Position numbers and translations under genes: made by a program | Shown here: in pieces, positions 1 to 7,849 of the stretch | How the letters are laid out: the number at the start of each line of letters is the position of its first letter | Position numbering within the stretch: the stretch's first letter is position 1 | Origin: Candidatus Thorarchaeota archaeon | Lineage (GTDB): Archaea > Asgardarchaeota > Thorarchaeia > Thorarchaeales > Thorarchaeaceae | Assembly: GCA_016839445.1 (NCBI GenBank) | Contig: JAEOUG010000175.1 | Span: 1-21,007 of the forward strand | Direction: 5' to 3' | DNA: 21,007 nt | The notes under the pieces: generated by a model | Seen by the model: the letters and a program-made list of their open reading frames with translations, nothing else | Databases searched by the model: none | What the model was told of the DNA's origin: nothing

Positions 1-138
1 ATACCGGGAGACCTCCTCGCCATCCTTCATCGCGGCTGCGATTCTGGGAACGCGGTCAGGGTTGCCTGTGATAATCGTGACTTTCTCCACATCGCCCTCA
101 CCGACTCTCAGATGTGGCTGCACACGTCTCTTCATCAT
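1..138 (-). CDS. Uridine/purine nucleoside phosphorylase family protein, N-terminal fragment (runs off window start)
   Basis: Manual translation from ATG 138: MMKRRVQPHLRVGEGDVEKVTIITGNPDRVPRIAAAMKDGEEVSRY. The QPHL...G(N/D)PDRV..IA pattern is typical of the Udp/PNP N-terminus. Absent from the ORF track because it is truncated. Confidence 0.85.
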   Translation of the reverse strand, partial: MMKRRVQPHLRVGEGDVEKVTIITGNPDRVPRIAAAMKDGEEVSRY

Positions 139-215
139 CAATCACTTGCTCAGAATAGTGCCCACTCCTGCTTTTCACTGTTGAGGACAAGGAGTAATGT
201 ACCAAGTAGGTATCT

Positions 216-410
216 CTAGCAAGTGACACTCTGGATCCGTCTGAGAATGCAGTCGATGCAGACCCTCTTAGCATTGATGACAAAGACCCTATCAAACCGA
301 GGATTCGTGACGTTGCATTCGTCACAACTAGCATGCTCAGTTTCATAGTTCTCTGTCAGAAAGACAACTAGCAGGGACATCAGTTTGTGAGGCTCTTGCT
401 CGATGAACAT
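216..410 (-). CDS. Small putative zinc-finger protein (CxxC...CxxC), 64 aa
   Basis: CDEC and CIDC pairs about 18 aa apart. Fills the gap, co-oriented with the phosphorylase. Confidence 0.6.
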   Translation of the reverse strand: MFIEQEPHKLMSLLVVFLTENYETEHASCDECNVTNPRFDRVFVINAKRVCIDCILRRIQSVTC

Positions 411-508
411 TCTGACGGGTCCTCAACAGACACACATCATAGCGACTTATTAGCCCCCCTGTTCTTCTACGCACGACTCTCCAAGAGAAGAGATGAAGGT
501 CGGCAAGA

Positions 509-880
509 ATGAACGTTGATTTCACCTACTACTGCTACCGGTGCGGAACCAAGAATGACCGGAATCTGCCAAGCCCAACGGCTCCGGAGTTCTACGAGGG
601 CGAACTCAAGTGCAGCAACTGCGGAGACGGCACTCGGGTCATTCTGAGCCACTGCCCGAATTGCTCCCGTTACGTCTACTGGATCTGCGACATCTCGATT
701 CCCAACCTGGTGACCGGCTTCGCAAAATACATGGTTCACAACATGCAGACCATGATTGACAAAGCAGCTATGCAGGGAGCGACCATCAGTATCGACACTC
801 CAGAGAGCTATCCTATCAGTGCGAAGTGTCCATGTGGCGCGTCCTTCTCAGTGAACATCCCCATTCCCGACCTGGATTAG
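509..880 (+). CDS. Multi zinc-ribbon hypothetical protein, 123 aa
   Basis: CYRC, CSNC, CPNC and CPC motifs. Best ORF in the interval. Confidence 0.8.
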   Translation: MNVDFTYYCYRCGTKNDRNLPSPTAPEFYEGELKCSNCGDGTRVILSHCPNCSRYVYWICDISIPNLVTGFAKYMVHNMQTMIDKAAMQGATISIDTPESYPISAKCPCGASFSVNIPIPDLD

Positions 881-895
881 TGATTGGGGGTCAAC

Positions 896-1561
896 TCATC
901 GCTGCTGAGCACTCCACTGACAGTCTGACACAAGCGGGCAGATTGGGCATTTCGGGCTCCTCCGTCTGCAGATAGTTGACACCAAATCGATGATGCCCCA
1001 ATAGAGACGGGAGTCCTGCTCTTCGCCTCCCAGCTGTGACATGAGATCCCAAGCACCTGGGTCATTGGGCCCTGAGAATTGCACACCGAAGAGGCGCGAA
1101 GTCAGGTGAATGACATTGTTGTCAACAAGTGGTTCTGGTTTGCCAAAGGCGAAGTTGCGAACGGCTGAGGCGACATATCGACCAACTCCGGGCAGAGAGA
1201 TCAGTGCCTCGAATTCCGTGGGGACTGCACCGCTCCACTCCTGGACTATCTTCGCTGCGGCCTCCTTCAGATGTACTGACCGGGTCCTTTGGAGGCCAAG
1301 AGGAGCAACAAGCTCAGCCAAGCTATCGAGCGAGGCCTTCGACAAGGCCTTCGGAGAGGGATAGGACACTAGGAAAGGACCGTAGACCTTTGAAACCGCG
1401 GTGGCAGTGGTTCTCCGGAGCATCATCTCAGCTATCAAGATCTCATACGGACTGCTTGATTGCCGCCAAGGGAATCTTCGCCCACTCCGTTCATACCACG
1501 CGATTATCCCATTCAGGACACGATGGAGTGTACCGCGAGGAGGAATCCTTGTCTCGTTCAT
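896..1561 (-). CDS. mig: HhH-GPD [4Fe-4S] DNA glycosylase, MIG (T:G/U:G mismatch) type rather than MutY
   Basis: RRFPWR...PYEILIAEMMLRRTTA, HhH LPGVGRY (Tyr at the EndoIII Lys position), catalytic VD, FCL motif C-x6-C-x2-C-x5-C. 221 aa with no MutY C-terminal domain. Confidence 0.8.
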   Translation of the reverse strand: MNETRIPPRGTLHRVLNGIIAWYERSGRRFPWRQSSSPYEILIAEMMLRRTTATAVSKVYGPFLVSYPSPKALSKASLDSLAELVAPLGLQRTRSVHLKEAAAKIVQEWSGAVPTEFEALISLPGVGRYVASAVRNFAFGKPEPLVDNNVIHLTSRLFGVQFSGPNDPGAWDLMSQLGGEEQDSRLYWGIIDLVSTICRRRSPKCPICPLVSDCQWSAQQR

Positions 1562-1567
1562 CTACGG

Positions 1568-2116
1568 TCAGCTCAGGGAGGAGTGTGATTCGATTCTCTC
1601 AATGATCTCGGCAGGCGACGTGATAATCTCGACATTTCGCATCGTTCGAAGTGTGTCGACATTGGAGAGGTCAATGTCTCGGGCGCGCAATTCAACTCTC
1701 TCCCCCTTTGGGCCAAAAGTGGTCATCTTCCCGGGGTGCTGATCAACGGGATAGAGAAGAACTGGAGTGGATCCCTTCAAGGTCTGTGCAAAGCAATTGG
1801 TCACCAAGGTGTCAGCAATGCCAACTGCCATCTTTGCAGCCGAATTCGAAGTGAGAGGGGCCACTACAAGAAGGTCATACTTCCCCATCTGAAGAGGTCC
1901 TGCCAGGAAAGGTGTGTTGGCATTCGATTCTACGTGCAACTTGCCAAATGCGCCCTGCATGTCGTCCCAGACCCTGTACCACCGAAGAACCTGCTCGGCA
2001 GCCTTGGAAGCCAGTACTGTCATCTGGACGTCTGGTTTGCTGGCGACCTCCTTCATGGTATCTACTATCTCCCGGATTCTGTCGCCAGACCCGGTCATTG
2101 CCCAGACCAGTTTCAT
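1568..2116 (-). CDS. afpA: Archaeoflavoprotein AfpA / DmrX-related HFCD-family flavoprotein
   Basis: N-terminal WAMTGSG, NTPFLAGPLQMGKYDLLVVAPLTSNSAAKMAVGIADTLVTN, PVD motif. No ferredoxin insert. Confidence 0.85.
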   Translation of the reverse strand: MKLVWAMTGSGDRIREIVDTMKEVASKPDVQMTVLASKAAEQVLRWYRVWDDMQGAFGKLHVESNANTPFLAGPLQMGKYDLLVVAPLTSNSAAKMAVGIADTLVTNCFAQTLKGSTPVLLYPVDQHPGKMTTFGPKGERVELRARDIDLSNVDTLRTMRNVEIITSPAEIIERIESHSSLS

Positions 2117-2228
2117 TGTAATCAGGATAGCATAATACCGACCATCTCACAAATACCTGCCTCTGTAGAGCTGCATATTTGAGTGGCCACGAGTATCTAG
2201 TGAGAGAGAGCGGACAGAGGAAAACCAC

Positions 2229-3218
2229 ATGTATCGATTGAGTGTCGGTGTGACAACCGGGATGGGTTTTGAGACCACTGACTGGATAGCCTCTCATGCA
2301 GATACTCTAGGGATAGATGCAATTTGGATTGGTGAAGACATCGGAGCGGGGCAAGACACCTCAGTCCTTGCGTCCTCGATGATACTTCGTTCAACCAAGG
2401 TAGAGGTGGGGACAGGAATCGTTCCTGTCACGATGCACAACATCGCAACCATCGCTCGAATGGCTCTCACACTCCACGAGATATCGGATGGCAGGTTCTC
2501 ACTGGGCATCGGGATTGGAGGAACTCAGGACCTTCGGAAGGCAGGAGTACGAATCCGGAAACCAGTCACTGCCCTCAGAGAATCAACACTGTGTCTTCGT
2601 TCACTCTGGGAGGGTCAAAAGGTCACTGCAGCAAACGATCTCTTCAGCCTAGACAGATACTCACTTCGCCTTGGCGCGCCTGTAAGAATACCCATCTTCT
2701 ACGGAGTCAGAGGACCTCAAATGCTGACACTGGCAGGGGAACTAAGTGATGGAGTCATTCTCTCAGGGCCTTTCGACTACATCGAGCGTGCGATATCAAT
2801 AGTCCGTGAGGCTGCCGTCAATACGGGACGGGACCCTGCTGAAGTACGGGTTGTAGTCTGGGTTCCTACCATACCAACCTTCAGAGGAATCAAAGAGAAG
2901 ACTGCCAAGCGGATTGTGGCTCTAGTGGTGGCCGACACTCCTCAAGCAGTTGTGGAAATGCTCAGTCTTGACCGAGAGAAGATACGTGCGATAGGAGCGG
3001 AGGTGGCGAGGGGTGGGCCGAAGTCTGGGGCAGCTCTCGTCGATGATGAGATTCTCAATGCGTTTTCAATCAGCGGCTCCAAAGAACACATGGTGGACCA
3101 GTTCCAAGCCTTGCATGAGATTGGTGCCGACGAAGTCGTGCTAGGACCGCCATTCAGCGGGGAATGGAAGATAGCCCTAGCTGAGCTGGCGACTGAGCTC
3201 AGGAGGAGGAACGAGTGA
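2229..3218 (+). CDS. LLM-class (luciferase-like) oxidoreductase, Mer-like, probably F420-dependent
   Basis: GRFSLGIGIG, IPIFYGVRGPQMLTLAGELSDGVIL and C-terminal VVLGPP motifs of the Mer/LLM family. Confidence 0.85.
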   Translation: MYRLSVGVTTGMGFETTDWIASHADTLGIDAIWIGEDIGAGQDTSVLASSMILRSTKVEVGTGIVPVTMHNIATIARMALTLHEISDGRFSLGIGIGGTQDLRKAGVRIRKPVTALRESTLCLRSLWEGQKVTAANDLFSLDRYSLRLGAPVRIPIFYGVRGPQMLTLAGELSDGVILSGPFDYIERAISIVREAAVNTGRDPAEVRVVVWVPTIPTFRGIKEKTAKRIVALVVADTPQAVVEMLSLDREKIRAIGAEVARGGPKSGAALVDDEILNAFSISGSKEHMVDQFQALHEIGADEVVLGPPFSGEWKIALAELATELRRRNE

Positions 3219-4138
3219 TGGAGCTGGGTGTGGCGTTGAATGTGTCGGAGACCGTAGGGGTCACCACTGAGATCTCGCGACGCCTAGAGGAGGCCGGACT
3301 CAATAGCCTCTGGATCACCGATTTCCCGGCTGCAAGGGCGGCCGCGCCGCTAGCTGGCGCGGTGGCCGAGAGTACCAAAGAATGTAGGATTGGAGTGGGT
3401 CTCTTGAGTCCAGACCTCTATGGAGCTGATCAGATTGTCAGGCAGATTCAGACTCTGGAGCAGAACTTCGGCAAGCGGTTCGACGTTCTCCTAGGCCCTG
3501 GCGACAGGCTTGCATTGATGAGAATAGGGATTGCGTTGGAGGCAGGCACTGGTATCGCTGGTAGAACTGCCGAGGCTGCAATAAAGATTCGGCAGGAGCT
3601 ACAGGAGTCAGGCTTTACTGGCAGAGTTCTCTTGGGGGCTCAGGGGCATAGGATGATTGCGGCGTCCACCAAGCTCGATGGGGTCCTCCTAAACTACTCA
3701 GACCTCTCCATGATTAGATGGGCACTCGATCAGATGAAGGATGTGCCGAACCAGTTCACCCTGGGAGTGTTTCCCCCCACATGGTTGAGCCACAACCCGA
3801 ACTTCGAAGCGACGGAGCCAATTCGCCGCGCGGCCGCAATGGTTGCAGTTGGTCTGGCCAAGAAACCGAGAGAAGAATTCCAAGTCGCAGAACATGTAGA
3901 CGCGGGCCTCCGTGCAAGGCTAGCAACTGGAAAGCTGGGAGAAGACACAATGAATGCCATAGGAGATGGCACACTCTGCAGATTCGCGCTCTGCGCAAAC
4001 GAAGATGACCTCAACTCATATCTCAGACAGCTCGATGGATTGGGAATCGGCCTCGTGGTCTTTGGTCCACCGCTTTGCACAAGCTCAGAGGGATTGGAGA
4101 TGCTTATCGGCGCCTTGGGCAGGAGAGGGTCAGAGTAG
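3218..4138 (+). CDS. Second, divergent LLM-class oxidoreductase (Mer-like)
   Basis: LWITD, RIGVG, LLGPGD, LLGAQGHRMI...DGVLLN, VVFGPPL. ATG overlaps the upstream stop (TGATG at 3216-3220); alternative GTG start at 3215. Confidence 0.8.
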   Translation: MELGVALNVSETVGVTTEISRRLEEAGLNSLWITDFPAARAAAPLAGAVAESTKECRIGVGLLSPDLYGADQIVRQIQTLEQNFGKRFDVLLGPGDRLALMRIGIALEAGTGIAGRTAEAAIKIRQELQESGFTGRVLLGAQGHRMIAASTKLDGVLLNYSDLSMIRWALDQMKDVPNQFTLGVFPPTWLSHNPNFEATEPIRRAAAMVAVGLAKKPREEFQVAEHVDAGLRARLATGKLGEDTMNAIGDGTLCRFALCANEDDLNSYLRQLDGLGIGLVVFGPPLCTSSEGLEMLIGALGRRGSE

Positions 4139-5596
4139 CCACCATCGAAGGTCCACTGCTTCTCTATCAAATGACCACTTGCCATCTTCATATGCGTAGT
4201 CCTTAGTCAGATCGAGGAGAGATCTGGAGCCTCCTTGGACAATCGTCATGATTGGATGAACGAGTTCCACACCAGGGTCTTGTTCGAGAGCCCTGAACAT
4301 CCTGTAGTATTCGACCTGATGAGCACCAGGGGTCTTTGTCCAGACAATGACTCCTCGGTTGGATGTATAGAACATGGACCATGGGAAGCGCGATACGATT
4401 CTTGGTATCCTATCTCTCCACTCTTCGTTGCACACAATCTCGAAGCAGAAATTGGAGGAGAGGCCAATCCCGCCGAACAGGGTGTAGGGCATGTAGAGCC
4501 CTCTTTCACGCAGTCGTTTCTCGGACCTACTGACCCGTCTGGTGTCGACGTCATAGCCTCTTATAGCAAGGTTTGCACTAACCTTGCTGGGTGGCGATCT
4601 GAGATCAATCTGAAGATAGGTTGCCACAGCCAGGTCATTCTTTGTGAGTTCTACATCAACACCGTTGCAATGCATGATGACAGGGTCGTCAGTTGTATCA
4701 CTACTTCGAATCTCATCGGGAACGTACTCGGGCAATGACCATTCACCTTCGCGGTAGAGGTCGAGATTGGTTACCACGCCGTTGCCGCTCTGGTAGTGTG
4801 GACTTGCATACTCAAAGAACTCTGCGGATATGTCGCGTAGTGAAGAGTGGAAGACTGCGCGGTTCTCATCGAAGTTGGGTATCAGAAACGTCACGTAGCC
4901 AAGATCAGTCATTGTTGTCTTCAGGATACTCTTCGTGAAGGGATACTTCGCGAGGCCCTGCTCAAGTGGCTCCCACTCGACACCATCTTTCAGAGTGAAG
5001 AACACTATGGCTGACTGCAAGTTGAACGCGGTGAAATCAACGAGGGCGGTGAAGCGCAGAGAGTGACGCTGACTGAGACGCTCCAATGCGCGAGCGACAG
5101 TTCGGGGAGTGAGTCCAAGCGACTCCGCGGCATCGATTAGTGACACGGAGGGATTGTCAGAGAAGAGCTTCAGGGCTTGCTGGTCCGTCTTGGATAACGG
5201 CTGCTCCTCTGTGAGGAATGCGAAGCTGTAGGCGGACCTGATGGAATCCCGTGTGACTAGATTGAATTTCTTCAGTGTCTTCAGATTCTCTAGGATTTTC
5301 GACTTGTGAGAATCGTTTATCGGGATGGTGGCGGGGTTAGTGGGAAACGTCGTATACTCGGGACTCTCTCTGAGAATGTCTACTGCCTTCAGAGCAGCCT
5401 CTACAGAGATGGAGCCCGAACACAGTGCAAGATAGATCCGCATGGCATCCAGATAGTACTGTGCAGCCGGCTCGTCTGAGCTAGGAATGAGTTCGTCGAA
5501 TGGTGTTGGAATCTGTGACTCAAGGCTCTTAGACGGAGATACGTCTCTCACAAGACTCCCTATACCTGAACGTGCATTGTTCAAGGAGGACATCAC
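4130..5596 (-). CDS. Large regulator-like protein: N-terminal helical domain plus two Lrp/AsnC-like wHTH+RAM repeats
   Basis: HTH1 LSKTDQQALKLFSDNPSVSLIDAAESLGLTPRTVARALERL; HTH2 LTKNDLAVATYLQIDLRSPPSKVSANL...RRVSRSEKRL. Each is followed by an alpha/beta domain ending Y..G.W.(L/F). Confidence 0.75.
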   Translation of the reverse strand: MMSSLNNARSGIGSLVRDVSPSKSLESQIPTPFDELIPSSDEPAAQYYLDAMRIYLALCSGSISVEAALKAVDILRESPEYTTFPTNPATIPINDSHKSKILENLKTLKKFNLVTRDSIRSAYSFAFLTEEQPLSKTDQQALKLFSDNPSVSLIDAAESLGLTPRTVARALERLSQRHSLRFTALVDFTAFNLQSAIVFFTLKDGVEWEPLEQGLAKYPFTKSILKTTMTDLGYVTFLIPNFDENRAVFHSSLRDISAEFFEYASPHYQSGNGVVTNLDLYREGEWSLPEYVPDEIRSSDTTDDPVIMHCNGVDVELTKNDLAVATYLQIDLRSPPSKVSANLAIRGYDVDTRRVSRSEKRLRERGLYMPYTLFGGIGLSSNFCFEIVCNEEWRDRIPRIVSRFPWSMFYTSNRGVIVWTKTPGAHQVEYYRMFRALEQDPGVELVHPIMTIVQGGSRSLLDLTKDYAYEDGKWSFDREAVDLRWWLL

Positions 5597-5609
5597 CGAC
5601 TGTATCTCG

Positions 5610-6686
5610 CTAATGGCGTGCGGCAGACTGGTAGAGCTTCACTATGCTCTCGAGGCGTTTCTCTATTTCGTGATGGCTGGCTATAAATGTGCATATCTCT
5701 GAAGTCTTACCTGCGAGGTTAGAGAGAATCTGCGACATCGTAATCCAGTCAACCATCTCAGGGACTTCAAGGTCAAGGACCGTTAAACCGGAACCAGTTA
5801 TGACTCGTGCCCGAGGAAATGTGCTTGCTTGAGCACTGAGGAGTCGAGAGAGCTGCGATTTCTCGGCCTCTATCTCGTTGGCACACACCATGAGTTTCTG
5901 TCTTAGTCCAATATTCTTCAGGTCAACATAGGGTGTTGCCAACCCTTCTCTGACCTGAGACAGCCTTCTTCGGATTGTACGTCCTGCCGGAGGACTAAGA
6001 CCAGCTTGACGGAAGCGTTCACCAACCATGGATGATGTGGCGAAGTAGCTCTCGTCTAATGCAGATCCATAGATCAGAGTTTCAAGGTCTGGTTCCCGGA
6101 CTTCGCTCTGGTCCACCGAACCCACCGTAGGAAGAACGTCCACATACCCCTTGGCGGCGCCAATGGACGCTTCGAGGCGGAAGTAGTTACTGAAGTCCCA
6201 GGATGTACCGTCATAAAGACCCATGTTCATGTTGTGCGAGATTGTGGATGCGATTCCCTGTTTCATCGACAGGGAGTATGGACGTTTAGCGAACCTGTTG
6301 ACCTGACTGAGAAACCACTCCTCGGTCCGCCCTACAGGGACTGTCGCCTCGAAGTAGACTCTGGCATCCATTGTGGAGGACATAACGGAGCGTGTCATTC
6401 TAGTGACGAACGGACTGGTCTTCAGCCACCCTGAGAACTTGTCTATTATGTCAGAGGTCTCTGCACTACAGGCCCAACCGAACACAAGACGCAGGCCGAG
6501 CTCACCGAGATCCAGGTTGCCTCTGATCGCCAGCTCTCTCTCAGACTCGAGCTTCTTCCAGAGCTGCGTCACCGCAGACCTTGTCACGTCGAGTTCAGCC
6601 GCCAATGCAGCAGGTCGAAGTTCTGGATTGATGGTCAATCTTCTGAGGAGTCTCAATTCACCGGGTCCTACAGAACTTGACGCCAT
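5610..6686 (-). CDS. Tandem Lrp/AsnC-like winged-helix regulator, paralog of 4130-5596
   Basis: N-terminal HTH LRLLRRLTINPELRPAALAAELDVTRSAVTQLWKKL, LDLGELGL linker, LYDGTSWDF motif, second degenerate HTH (GRTIRRRL). Confidence 0.75.
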   Translation of the reverse strand: MASSSVGPGELRLLRRLTINPELRPAALAAELDVTRSAVTQLWKKLESERELAIRGNLDLGELGLRLVFGWACSAETSDIIDKFSGWLKTSPFVTRMTRSVMSSTMDARVYFEATVPVGRTEEWFLSQVNRFAKRPYSLSMKQGIASTISHNMNMGLYDGTSWDFSNYFRLEASIGAAKGYVDVLPTVGSVDQSEVREPDLETLIYGSALDESYFATSSMVGERFRQAGLSPPAGRTIRRRLSQVREGLATPYVDLKNIGLRQKLMVCANEIEAEKSQLSRLLSAQASTFPRARVITGSGLTVLDLEVPEMVDWITMSQILSNLAGKTSEICTFIASHHEIEKRLESIVKLYQSAARH

Positions 6687-6866
6687 CGAGAATATCCTCG
6701 TAAATATCCAGATAATATGGCCAGATGTTAAGATATGAAGGTAACGGGCGTCTCGATTCGCTTCCCCGTACTTGTGAAACGTGCGATACTCGCGGAGAGA
6801 TTCACTAGATAAGGGCAGCGCTGCATTTCTTCCAGTTCTACGGGGGGAATGTCATACGAACGCTGC

Positions 6867-6872
6867 TTATAA
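6867..6872 (+). promoter_or_regulatory. Possible TATA box for the small-ORF array
   Basis: TTATAA in the non-coding stretch upstream of the ORF at 6969. Confidence 0.3.
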
Positions 6873-6922
6873 CGGGGATTTGCACTGATAGAGTTGGTTC
6901 ACACTGTAGAATGAGCTCAAAG

Positions 6923-6939
6923 CATAGGTTATGCCTATG
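6923..6939. promoter_or_regulatory. Inverted repeat, possible operator
   Basis: CATAGG-ttatg-CCTATG, 30 nt upstream of ATG 6969. Confidence 0.3.
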
Positions 6940-6968
6940 ACCAGCCAGTCAAAGGTAGGTCACATTCT

Positions 6969-7070
6969 ATGAACAAAGTAGACGACAGACCGTACGAACT
7001 GGATCTGAACCAACATACAGTGTGCCCCGACCAGCTATATCCAGCAAACGAAGGAGGTGAAAGCGATTAG
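6969..7070 (+). CDS. Putative 33-aa acidic micro-ORF MNKVDDRPYELDLNQHTVCPDQLYPANEGGESD
   Basis: ATG preceded by GGTAGGT. Its stop overlaps the start of the next ORF (GATTAG). Confidence 0.4.
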   Translation: MNKVDDRPYELDLNQHTVCPDQLYPANEGGESD

Positions 7071-7203
7071 CACAGACCGTATGCGTACACTCTACGAGAG
7101 CATGACTGAGAATCGTGCTGCATTGGAGTTGCTATCAATCGGTGTCGTGCGCGGCATCTCGACCGTCGTGCGGCCGCCCTGTGAAGATCCGACCCCATTC
7201 TAG
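7066..7203 (+). CDS. Putative peptide (45 aa from ATT 7066, or 40 aa from ATG 7081) ending RPPCEDPTPF
   Basis: Perfect SD AAGGAGGTGA at 7051-7060. Reads (I/M)STDRMRTLYESMTENRAALELLSIGVVRGISTVVRPPCEDPTPF*. C-terminus shared with ORF 7453. Confidence 0.6.
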   Translation: MSTDRMRTLYESMTENRAALELLSIGVVRGISTVVRPPCEDPTPF

Positions 7204-7428
7204 ACCACTGCCCTTGTAGTGGATAGAAGGTCTCGGAGAATCTCAGGTTGGCTTCAGTGTCGAGATAGTTCGTTGCTGGACATGGTTGGTAGGGGATTCT
7301 TGTCATGCTCTACAGTGTGAGAGTCGAAGAGAGAACCCAATGGTGTAAGGTGGGTTTGATCGGCCCCCAAACGTCGGAGTAAGAGAATCCGGCCAACCTT
7401 ACGACAATTGGAGAAGAGAACAGTGAAC

Positions 7429-7543
7429 CAAGAAACGGAGGAGAACGAAACTATGAACCCATTTCACCCAGACGATCCAACCCCATGGTAGAATGAAGAA
7501 ATCGAGCGGTACGACCGCAAGAAACGGAGGAAAACAAAGAATG
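7429..7543 (+). repeat. Direct repeat of a translation-initiation cassette
   Basis: CAAGAAACGGAGGAGAACGAAACTATG (7429-7455) versus CAAGAAACGGAGGAAAACAAAGAATG (7518-7543). The first 14 nt are identical; each has GGAGG and a downstream ATG. Confidence 0.8.
7453..7491 (+). CDS. Putative 12-aa micropeptide MNPFHPDDPTPW (could extend to in-frame GTG 7423 or TTG 7408)
   Basis: GGAGG at 7437-7441. C-terminal DDPTPW* parallels EDPTPF* of ORF 7066. Confidence 0.55.
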   Translation: MNPFHPDDPTPW

Positions 7544-7795
7544 ATACGAACACACGGAATCGAACCATATCTCGGAGACATCATCAGTCCCGACCAGGGA
7601 CGTGAGGTGGACCCCTTCACTGATCCAGAGACAGTCAGGCTCGTGGCAATCAACCTTGAGCTGGCTGTAAGGAATCTGATCAGTGCAAGAGCCCCGCCGG
7701 AATGTCTCGTAATCACAGCCGACATCTGCACCCACAAGCTCATGGCCGTCCCAACAGCTGACGGTGACGTGAAAGTGCTAGTGTTCGACATGTGA
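7541..7795 (+). CDS. Hypothetical protein, 84 aa (start re-assigned from 7493 to ATG 7541)
   Basis: GGAGG at 7526-7530. Globular-looking sequence MIRTHGIEPYLGD...DPFTDPETVRLVAINLELAVRNL...KVLVFDM. Confidence 0.7.
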   Translation: MIRTHGIEPYLGDIISPDQGREVDPFTDPETVRLVAINLELAVRNLISARAPPECLVITADICTHKLMAVPTADGDVKVLVFDM

Positions 7796-7829
7796 TTGCG
7801 AGGAATTGATGATGACCCCCAAGCATCAA

Positions 7830-7849
7830 TGGGGGGCGAGAGCTCCCCA
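7830..7849 (+). terminator. GC-rich GNRA-capped stem-loop after the small-ORF array
   Basis: TGGGGGGC-GAGA-GCTCCCCA, 8-bp stem with one G-U pair. Confidence 0.45.

Noticed and set aside
4130-4138. 9-nt convergent gene overlap
   Set aside because: Common in compact archaeal genomes.
6735-6812. 25-aa ORF MKVTGVSIRFPVLVKRAILAERFTR
   Set aside because: No SD or paralogy; lies in the presumed promoter region.
7305-7382. 25-aa ORF MLYSVRVEERTQWCKVGLIGPQTSE as a third DPTP peptide
   Set aside because: EERTQW only faintly resembles DDPTPW, is not terminal, and has a weak SD.
7453-7630. NPF and DPF tripeptides resembling eukaryotic endocytic motifs
   Set aside because: Three-residue motifs are too short to be meaningful, and no partner domains are in the window.
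7067-7791. Minus-strand ORFs 7067-7306, 7399-7791 and 7451-7735
   Set aside because: Antisense to SD-supported plus-strand ORFs, with no recognisable motifs.
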